A stretch of DNA of 32,586 nucleotides, from the IMG/VR virus record IMGVR_UViG_2690316104_000008, positions 1 through 32,586 of that record. One strand, 5' to 3'. How positions within the stretch are numbered: the first letter of the stretch is position 1; every line of letters starts with the position of its first letter. The DNA is from a virus (Duplodnaviria > Heunggongvirae > Uroviricota > Caudoviricetes). Below, in pieces: positions 17,921-25,779 of this stretch. The notes under the pieces were generated by a model. The model worked only from the letters and a program-made list of their open reading frames with translations, was not told the origin of the DNA and made no database searches. The position numbers were made by a program, and so were the translations under genes.

Positions 17921-18775
17921 TCAGCAGTTCGTCATCAGGGCGTCACCGCCACCGCCGGTGGCCTTGCTGCGGCGCTGCTGGGTCAGACTTTCGGTGTGGT
18001 CGAGACTGTTTTTCAGGCGGGTGAATGCCTGGCTGGTTTCATCCGCCCTGTCAGTCACCTCCTGCTTAAGTGCGGAAAAGGCGGTTTCCACCTCAGCGAG
18101 GCGCTGCTCAGTGGCGCTCAGTTTTTCCTGCACATGTTCAGCAACAGCGGTCACCGCTTCATGCACGTCATTCAGACGGGCGTCATCGCTGGCCTGTTTG
18201 CGGCCAAAAATGGATTTCACCTTTTCGGTCAGGGCGGTGAACACGGTTTCAGGCAGGTCTTCAAATTCCAGCTCAACAGGCGTTGCCACTGAAATCAGGT
18301 TTTCAGGGCTTAATTTGAAGCGGTTCAGAGGGTTGTGTTTTGCCGTGCGGCAGAATTCCAGGTATTCCGTGCCGAGGCTTGCCGGGTCATCGGTGACGGC
18401 CAGACCCACCAGATAACATTTGCCTGTATTGGCAAAGTTCGGCTGAATTTCCATTGAGGTATAGACCTTCTGCGCGGCCTTGTTCATCGCGATAAGGTCA
18501 TCGGTCGGGGTGATTTTCGCAAACAGCGCCCATTTGCCTTTCAGCGCCGAATCATCGTCAATCTTTTCGGCCTTCAGTTCGGCCACATCGCCATAACGTT
18601 TAAAAATACCGTCAGGCAGGATGCCGCGCAGATGTTCCAGGTTAATGCGGCAACCATAGACACGCGGGTCAAAGGTTTCGGCCATTTCCTGAATATCCTG
18701 CGCACTGATGACACGCCCGTCACAGGTGTCACCCTCAACGCCGATACGAAAGAATTTTGAGACTTTTTTTGCCAT
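17921..18775 (-). CDS. O: Capsid scaffolding protein O, 284 aa
   Basis: From MAKKVSKFFRIG, matching P2 gpO length; synteny; ORF-track start 18841 is an extension. Confidence 0.85.
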   Translation of the reverse strand: MAKKVSKFFRIGVEGDTCDGRVISAQDIQEMAETFDPRVYGCRINLEHLRGILPDGIFKRYGDVAELKAEKIDDDSALKGKWALFAKITPTDDLIAMNKAAQKVYTSMEIQPNFANTGKCYLVGLAVTDDPASLGTEYLEFCRTAKHNPLNRFKLSPENLISVATPVELEFEDLPETVFTALTEKVKSIFGRKQASDDARLNDVHEAVTAVAEHVQEKLSATEQRLAEVETAFSALKQEVTDRADETSQAFTRLKNSLDHTESLTQQRRSKATGGGGDALMTNC

Positions 18776-18948
18776 TGTCAGGAGTCCTGAATAGTGATTA
18801 GAGGAGTCACATGTCGGCATCAGTTTCCCGACGATGCGCATCCTCCGCCATCAGTCCCGGATGGCTTATCACTGACACAACAGCACCTTAGCGAATCGCG
18901 GGGCGCGACTCAGTAGCCTTGCCGTGTATTCATCACGGCGAGGTATTC
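18776..18948. promoter_or_regulatory. Divergent late promoter region for the O-to-L and P-Q operons (expected Ogr-dependent)
   Basis: Intergenic between divergent O and P starts; inferred from P2 organisation, motifs not confirmed. Confidence 0.4.
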
Positions 18949-20721
18949 ATGACCATCACCACAGACACCACTCTTTTACACGACCCGCGTCGTCAGGCGG
19001 CGCTGCTGTACTGGCAGGGGTTTTCCGTGCCGCAGATTGCCGCCATGTTGCAGATGAAACGCCCGACGGTGCAGAGCTGGAAACAGCGCGACGGCTGGGA
19101 CAGTGTTGCCCCCATCAGCCGTGTCGAAATGAGCCTGGAAGCGCGGCTGACCCAGCTCATCATCAAACCGCAGAAAACCGGCGGTGACTTCAAGGAAATT
19201 GACCTGCTCGGACGCCAGATTGAACGACTGGCACGGGTAAACCGCTACAGTCAGACCGGCAACGAGGCAGACCTTAATCCGAACGTCGCTAACCGCAACA
19301 AAGGCGGGCGTCGCAAACCGAAAAAGAATTTTTTCAGTGACGAGGCCATCGAAAAGCTGGAGCAGATTTTCTTTGAGCAGTCTTTCGAATATCAGTTGCA
19401 CTGGTATCGCGCCGGGCTTGAGCACCGCATCCGCGATATCCTGAAATCCCGCCAGATTGGCGCGACGTTTTATTTTTCCCGCGAGGCGCTGCTGCGCGCC
19501 CTGAAAACCGGCCATAACCAGATTTTTCTGTCGGCCAGTAAAACGCAGGCGTATGTGTTCCGCGAATACATCATTGCCTTTGCCCGGCTGGTTGACGTTG
19601 ACCTGACCGGTGACCCGATTGTCCTGGGCAATAACGGTGCAAAACTGATTTTTCTCGGCACCAACTCCAACACCGCACAGAGCCATAACGGCGACCTGTA
19701 CGTCGACGAGATTTTCTGGATCCCGAATTTTCAGGTACTGCGTAAGGTAGCATCAGGTATGGCCTCACAGAGTCACCTGCGCTCGACCTATTTCTCCACC
19801 CCGTCCACGCTGGCGCACGACGCCTACCCGTTCTGGTCAGGTGAACTGTTCAACCGGGGACGCGCCAGCGCCGCCGAACGCGTGGAAATCGACGTCAGTC
19901 ATAACGCCCTTGCCGGTGGTCTTCTCTGTGCGGACGGCCAGTGGCGGCAGATTGTCACCATTGAGGATGCCCTGAAAGGTGGCTGCACACTGTTCGACAT
20001 TGAGCAGCTCAAACGTGAAAACAGCGCCGACGATTTTAAAAACCTGTTCATGTGTGAATTTGTTGACGACAAGGCGTCGGTGTTCCCGTTCGAGGAGCTG
20101 CAACGCTGCATGGTCGACACGCTGGAAGAATGGGAAGACTATGCGCCGTTTGCCGCCAATCCGTTCGGCTCACGTCCGGTATGGATTGGTTACGACCCGT
20201 CACACCGTGGCGACAGTGCCGGATGCGTGGTGCTGGCACCGCCGGTGGTGGCCGGTGGCAAATTCAGAATACTTGAGCGTCACCAGTGGAAAGGCATGGA
20301 CTTTGCCACCCAGGCTGAATCCATCCGCAAACTCACCGAAAAATACAACGTCGAATACATCGGAATTGATGCCACCGGCCTCGGTGTCGGCGTGTTCCAG
20401 CTCGTTCGCTCGTTCTATCCCGCCGCGCGCGATATCCGCTACACGCCGGAAATGAAAACCGCAATGGTGCTCAAGGCAAAAGACGTTATTCGCCGTGGCT
20501 GTCTGGAATATGACGTCAGCGCCACCGACATCACCAGCTCGTTTATGGCTATCCGCAAGACCATGACCAGCAGCGGACGCAGCGCCACCTATGAGGCCAG
20601 CCGCAGCGAGGAAGCCAGCCACGCCGACCTCGCCTGGGCGACCATGCACGCCCTGTTAAATGAGCCACTCACCGCCGGTATCAGCACCCCGCTGACATCC
20701 ACCATTCTGGAGTTTTACTGA
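18949..20721 (+). CDS. P: Terminase large (ATPase) subunit P, 590 aa
   Basis: From MTITTDTT with GAGGT ribosome-binding site; length as P2 gpP; synteny. Confidence 0.9.
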   Translation: MTITTDTTLLHDPRRQAALLYWQGFSVPQIAAMLQMKRPTVQSWKQRDGWDSVAPISRVEMSLEARLTQLIIKPQKTGGDFKEIDLLGRQIERLARVNRYSQTGNEADLNPNVANRNKGGRRKPKKNFFSDEAIEKLEQIFFEQSFEYQLHWYRAGLEHRIRDILKSRQIGATFYFSREALLRALKTGHNQIFLSASKTQAYVFREYIIAFARLVDVDLTGDPIVLGNNGAKLIFLGTNSNTAQSHNGDLYVDEIFWIPNFQVLRKVASGMASQSHLRSTYFSTPSTLAHDAYPFWSGELFNRGRASAAERVEIDVSHNALAGGLLCADGQWRQIVTIEDALKGGCTLFDIEQLKRENSADDFKNLFMCEFVDDKASVFPFEELQRCMVDTLEEWEDYAPFAANPFGSRPVWIGYDPSHRGDSAGCVVLAPPVVAGGKFRILERHQWKGMDFATQAESIRKLTEKYNVEYIGIDATGLGVGVFQLVRSFYPAARDIRYTPEMKTAMVLKAKDVIRRGCLEYDVSATDITSSFMAIRKTMTSSGRSATYEASRSEEASHADLAWATMHALLNEPLTAGISTPLTSTILEFY

Positions 20722-21755
20722 TGAGCAAGAAAAAAGGGAAAACACCGCAACCTGCGGCAAAAAAAATGACCGCCAGCGCCCCGAAAATGGAGGCATTCAC
20801 CTTTGGTGAACCGGTGCCGGTACTCGACCGCCGTGACATTCTGGATTACGTCGAGTGCATCAGTAACGGCAGATGGTATGAGCCACCGGTCAGCTTTACC
20901 GGTCTGGCAAAAAGTCTGCGTGCTGCCGTACATCACAGCTCACCGATTTACGTCAAACGTAATATTCTGGCTTCAACGTTTATTCCGCACCCGTGGCTTT
21001 CCCAGCAGGATTTCAGCCGCTTTGTGCTGGATTTTCTGGTATTTGGTAATGCGTTTCTGGAAAAGCGTTACAGCACCACCGGTAAGGTCATCAGACTGGA
21101 AACCTCACCGGCAAAATATACCCGCCGTGGCGTGGAGGAGGATGTTTACTGGTGGGTGCCGTCCTTCAACGAGCCGACAGCCTTCGCGCCCGGCTCCGTG
21201 TTTCACCTGCTGGAGCCGGATATCAATCAGGAGCTGTACGGCCTGCCGGAATATCTCAGCGCCCTTAACTCTGCCTGGCTGAATGAGTCGGCCACGCTGT
21301 TCCGCCGCAAGTATTACGAAAACGGCGCACATGCCGGATACATCATGTACGTCACTGATGCCGTGCAGGATCGCAACGATATCGAAATGCTCCGCGAAAA
21401 CATGGTGAAGTCGAAAGGCCGCAATAACTTTAAAAACCTGTTTCTCTATGCCCCACAGGGAAAAGCCGACGGCATTAAAATTATCCCGCTCAGTGAAGTG
21501 GCCACGAAGGACGATTTTTTTAATATCAAAAAAGCCAGCGCCGCTGACCTGCTGGACGCGCACCGCATCCCCTTTCAGTTGATGGGCGGCAAGCCGGAAA
21601 ACGTCGGGTCGCTGGGCGATATTGAGAAAGTGGCAAAGGTCTTTGTCCGCAATGAACTTATCCCGTTACAGGACAGGATTCGGGAAATAAACGGCTGGCT
21701 CGGTCAGGAGGTCATCCGCTTTAAAAACTACTCACTGGACACTGACAACGGCTGA
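20721..21755 (+). CDS. Q: Portal protein Q
   Basis: 344 aa as P2 gpQ; TGATG overlap with P. Confidence 0.9.
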   Translation: MSKKKGKTPQPAAKKMTASAPKMEAFTFGEPVPVLDRRDILDYVECISNGRWYEPPVSFTGLAKSLRAAVHHSSPIYVKRNILASTFIPHPWLSQQDFSRFVLDFLVFGNAFLEKRYSTTGKVIRLETSPAKYTRRGVEEDVYWWVPSFNEPTAFAPGSVFHLLEPDINQELYGLPEYLSALNSAWLNESATLFRRKYYENGAHAGYIMYVTDAVQDRNDIEMLRENMVKSKGRNNFKNLFLYAPQGKADGIKIIPLSEVATKDDFFNIKKASAADLLDAHRIPFQLMGGKPENVGSLGDIEKVAKVFVRNELIPLQDRIREINGWLGQEVIRFKNYSLDTDNG

Positions 21756-21760
21756 ACATC

Positions 21761-21782
21761 GCCGCCTGCGGGCGGCTTTTTT
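21761..21782 (+). terminator. Rho-independent terminator after Q
   Basis: gccgcc-tgcg-ggcggc hairpin followed by tttttt. Confidence 0.6.
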
Positions 21783-21924
21783 ACACCCCGTCATCACGCC
21801 CTCACACGCTCATCACCGCACAAAAAATCCCGCAGACACACCAACGCCCCAGCAGGCCAAGTAAACGCCTTCACGACGCGCTCAGACGCTGAAAAAATAA
21901 AATCAGCACCACCGCCAGCGCGCA

Positions 21925-21943
21925 GTGCTTTCCCCGCCTCGCC
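21925..21943. other. cos cohesive-end site (19 nt)
   Basis: gtgctttccccgcctcgcc is the reverse complement of the P2 cohesive end GGCGAGGCGGGGAAAGCAC as I recall it; adjacent to Q as expected. Confidence 0.75.
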
Positions 21944-22171
21944 CGCCCGCTTCATGGGGCGGTTTTAATGCAGTTGCATCAGGAAATCAGAGCTCTACCA
22001 ACACTGGCACGCCACCACATGCTTTGAAATAAAAGCGAATGCAAACTCATGCACCAGTTAGATGCATTAGCACAAAGCTGAAAATCATAAAATAAGCGGC
22101 ATAATCCCCCTCATGCTACCAAGAAACTCTCAAGATGTTGTGCTAAACATCGATGATCTGTACCTTGTTTT

Positions 22172-23638
22172 ATGGTAAACATATCTATAAGTAATCACAC
22201 AGATGGAACTAAAATAACTATGGCAAACGATATCATCGAAGCTTTTCCTGCAAAACGTTTCTTTGTAGAAATGTTAACCAGGGATATCGAACTCCAAGAT
22301 GCTATTCTTGACTTATTAGACAACTGTCTTGATGGCGCTCTTCGTTCCATTTCATCATCGAATGAAGAAATAAACGAAGAAAATAAATACCACGGTTTTT
22401 ACTCAAAAATAAATTTTAATGAAGATGGTTTTACAATTGAAGATAATTGTGGCGGAATTTCGGGAAGCTTAGCAACAAGCTATGCTTTCCGAATGGGAAG
22501 ACCAAATGAAAGAGACATAGATAATATCCCAACCATTGGTGTTTATGGGATAGGTATGAAGCGAGCTATTTTTAAGTTGGGCACTTCATCGCAAGTATTA
22601 AGTAAAACAAAAGACGAGGAATTTAAAGTTACAATTTCTCCAGAATGGTTATCCAATGATAAAAACTGGAAACTAGATCTCGAACGTGGTAATGTCGATT
22701 TAAAAACAACGGGCGTAAAAATTATAGTTAACGATCTCAGAGACGATGTAAAAAACCATTTCAAAGTTGATCGTGATTTTCAACAAAAATTAATCAATTC
22801 TGTTTCAAACCATTATAGCCTAATTCTTAATAAAGGTTTCAAGGTCTATATTAATGATATAGAAGTCAAGCCAAATCTGACATCATTAATTATCGATACC
22901 GAAGCTCTTGTGTCAGCGAAAAAAGGTGGTATCACGCCTTATTTTTACAGAGGTGAAACTAATGGAGTTTCAATAAAGATCGCAGTTGGATTCTATAGAG
23001 ATTTTGTGACAGAAGATGAGGAAAATTCATTCCTTACTGGACGTAACACTTCCGAGAAAGCCGGATGGACTATTATCTGCAATGATCGTGTTGTTGTTCA
23101 TGCGGACAAGACACGTCTTACCGGATGGGGTGAAGCAGGAGTTCCACAATATCATACACAATTTGTTGGAATTGCAGGCGTAGCTATTTTTACATCTAAT
23201 GAAGCTGAAAAATTACCTATTACTACTACCAAGAGAGGCATTGATGGTAATTCTGATATCTATTTGGCTACTAAAGATTTCATGCGTGAAGGCTTGAAAA
23301 TATTTACAGATTTTACTAACAGATGGAAAAGTAACTCTCCAGAACGCCAGCAAATGTTTAGTTCCACATCTAAAACAATTCCTCTTACAAACGACAAACT
23401 AGATAGCATAGTACCTGAAGATAAATGGTCTCGGGTGCATAGATCCATTGGTGGGAATAGTTTCAAACCAACATTGCCAATACCTAAAGAAACAGACCCT
23501 TTAAAGCAAATAAAATTTAGTAGAAGATTGAGTGAGATAAAAACTGTTGCCACTTTCATTTTCGATGATGATTCTGTTCCTCCGACAGAAATTGGTAATT
23601 ATTGCTTTGAAGATTTTTTAGAGAGGGCAAAAAAATGA
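22172..23638 (+). CDS. MORC-like GHKL-superfamily ATPase (Bergerat fold) with about 300-aa C-terminal region of unknown function; alternative start at 22220
   Basis: N box DLLDNCLDGAL, G1 box EDNCGGISG, G2 box IGVYGIGMKRAIFKLG (MORC-type G-YG-G-K); AT-rich. Confidence 0.6.
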   Translation: MVNISISNHTDGTKITMANDIIEAFPAKRFFVEMLTRDIELQDAILDLLDNCLDGALRSISSSNEEINEENKYHGFYSKINFNEDGFTIEDNCGGISGSLATSYAFRMGRPNERDIDNIPTIGVYGIGMKRAIFKLGTSSQVLSKTKDEEFKVTISPEWLSNDKNWKLDLERGNVDLKTTGVKIIVNDLRDDVKNHFKVDRDFQQKLINSVSNHYSLILNKGFKVYINDIEVKPNLTSLIIDTEALVSAKKGGITPYFYRGETNGVSIKIAVGFYRDFVTEDEENSFLTGRNTSEKAGWTIICNDRVVVHADKTRLTGWGEAGVPQYHTQFVGIAGVAIFTSNEAEKLPITTTKRGIDGNSDIYLATKDFMREGLKIFTDFTNRWKSNSPERQQMFSSTSKTIPLTNDKLDSIVPEDKWSRVHRSIGGNSFKPTLPIPKETDPLKQIKFSRRLSEIKTVATFIFDDDSVPPTEIGNYCFEDFLERAKK

Positions 23639-24627
23639 GTACTGGGGGAAGTATTCCTTATCATCTTCGACAACACAAAGCTGTCGAAAGAAATCTATTC
23701 ATTGAGTTGCTCAGAAAACTCAACAACTATGTAAACATATCCGATTATGTTTATATCGGGTTTGGTGGCCCTTTTCTAGAAGACTTCAAACAACTGCATA
23801 ATGCTTTAAAAATCAATAACATGATCTCTCTAGAGGTAGATGCTAACGTTCATAAACGACAAAAATTTAACAAACCTATATCATGTATTGATTTAGGAGA
23901 AGAACCTTTAAGTAGCAGTGAATTTATTACTCAAAGCGACTTCGCTGCACCTTCTCTAATTTGGCTTGACTATGCCATACCAAGCCAAATATATGAGCAA
24001 ATGAATGACATTGCTCAATTGGTAAGTAAGTTAAAGCCAAAAGATATATTTAAAATAACTTTAAATGCAACTCCTGAAACTTTAGGAAGAGATTTTCAAG
24101 AAAGAGACCCTAGGCGTTTTCGATTAAAAAAAATACAATCTTTACTTACTCAAGATTATTGCCCAGTGAATCTAACTGTTGATGATGTCACTTTTAAAAG
24201 GTACCCACACCTTTTAATAAAAGCAGCTCAACGTGCCATAAGTATTGGATTAACAGGTAGACTAGATATAATGATCCATCCTTTATGTAATTTTATTTAC
24301 AAAGATGGTCAGCAAATGCTTACCTTTACTGCCATTGTTCTCGAAAACAGTGATATGCAATTAGATAGCTTCCTTCAAAATTCTCGAATTAATTTTTGGC
24401 CCTTTTATTCTGGAGACTGGGGCACCGTCAAAAACATTAGTGTTCCCACGATGTCTTTACGTGAGAGAATCTTTATTGAGGAACGACTTCCTACAAAAGA
24501 CCATGAAGAAATTACCAACGACCTCGGCTTTTACATTGGAGATGATGAAGCCGAGGCTAATAGTAACCTTAAAAACTTTATTGAGTATTACAAAGTAATT
24601 CCGTGGTATTCGAAAGTTCTTCTTTAG
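23635..24627 (+). CDS. Hypothetical protein, 330 aa, translationally coupled partner of the GHKL ATPase
   Basis: ATGA overlap with upstream gene; AT-rich; no motif I can recognise. Confidence 0.5.
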   Translation: MSTGGSIPYHLRQHKAVERNLFIELLRKLNNYVNISDYVYIGFGGPFLEDFKQLHNALKINNMISLEVDANVHKRQKFNKPISCIDLGEEPLSSSEFITQSDFAAPSLIWLDYAIPSQIYEQMNDIAQLVSKLKPKDIFKITLNATPETLGRDFQERDPRRFRLKKIQSLLTQDYCPVNLTVDDVTFKRYPHLLIKAAQRAISIGLTGRLDIMIHPLCNFIYKDGQQMLTFTAIVLENSDMQLDSFLQNSRINFWPFYSGDWGTVKNISVPTMSLRERIFIEERLPTKDHEEITNDLGFYIGDDEAEANSNLKNFIEYYKVIPWYSKVLL

Positions 24628-25729
24628 AAAACTGACATAATTTATATAACGGTAATAGCATAGCTTCAGCTACTAATGGGCTAACGCTATTACCGATTTG
24701 CCTGAAACTATGCCACTTAGTAGGGTGAAACCTAAACCAATCAGGAAAACCTTGTAATCGAGCAGCCTCACGTGGAGTAATAACTCTAGCCTGCGTTGGA
24801 TGGATCGGCCTAACTGCTTGATAACTGCCCTTATCGCTGCCAGTTCCAGCCCTTAGCGTCGGACAGAAACCATTTGGATTTAACCTCTGAGATCGTGAAA
24901 TTTTATCAGTTTCGCCAAAAGAGAGTTTTTTATATCTATTAATAACCTCATCTGTATGTATTGTTCCCAAGAAACCGGAGACCAACCCTTTTTTTAATTT
25001 TTCTAAAGATTCCGGATCACCAACATTATTCGGAACATTACTCCAAAGTCTATCAAAAAAATATCCTTGCCTATCCATCTTAACTTCACGCCAGCCTTGT
25101 TCCTCTTGCTGCCATTCTTTTCTTATAACACGAGGAATACCGTATAAAGCATCTTTAACTAAGGTTTGCTCAATATCTTGCACAGGAAAGAAATCAGATT
25201 CTTTTAAACAATTAGCTAATTCCTTTTTGAATCCGATAAAAAAAATCCTAGTTCTAGTTGTAGGAGCTCCATAATTAGACGCATTCACTTTTATTGGGCT
25301 CAATATTACATATCGGTCTTTTACTAATGAGAATGCTTTTTCTCTAACTGCATCATATTTTTCATTCATTATCCCAGGAACATTCTCTGCCAAGAAACAA
25401 ACAGGTGATAACTCGCTCACCAACCTAAAAAAATGAATATACAATTCATTTCTGACGTCATTAGCCATCCCTTTACCAATTGTACTAAATCCCTGACAAG
25501 GTGGTCCACCGATGACACAATCAATATTACTAACATTACAAGCTGTTAGAATATCATGAGCAGAAAGTTTGCTAACATCTTTATGTAAATGTGTTGAATT
25601 TGGGAAATTAAGAGCATGGGAAAATATTGCATGCTTATCCAACTCAACGGCACCAACCAAGTTAAAGCCTGCCCGTGATGCTCCCAAGCTTAAACCACCT
25701 ACCCCTGAGTATAAATCAACCACATTCAT
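24578..25729 (-). CDS. DNA (cytosine-5)-methyltransferase
   Basis: Motif I DLYSGVGG, motif IV GGPPCQGFS, motif VI ENV, C-terminal GNSV. Confidence 0.9.
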   Translation of the reverse strand: MNVVDLYSGVGGLSLGASRAGFNLVGAVELDKHAIFSHALNFPNSTHLHKDVSKLSAHDILTACNVSNIDCVIGGPPCQGFSTIGKGMANDVRNELYIHFFRLVSELSPVCFLAENVPGIMNEKYDAVREKAFSLVKDRYVILSPIKVNASNYGAPTTRTRIFFIGFKKELANCLKESDFFPVQDIEQTLVKDALYGIPRVIRKEWQQEEQGWREVKMDRQGYFFDRLWSNVPNNVGDPESLEKLKKGLVSGFLGTIHTDEVINRYKKLSFGETDKISRSQRLNPNGFCPTLRAGTGSDKGSYQAVRPIHPTQARVITPREAARLQGFPDWFRFHPTKWHSFRQIGNSVSPLVAEAMLLPLYKLCQFSKEELSNTTELLCNTQ

Positions 25730-25779
25730 GTTCAGTTAACCATATATGTATATTTAGACAACAATATTTAATTCTACCA

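Noticed and set aside
22172-23638. Reading the GHKL protein as a two-component sensor histidine kinase
   Set aside because: It has no transmembrane segments, no DHp/H-box phospho-acceptor domain and no adjacent response regulator; the G2 box is MORC/MutL-like.
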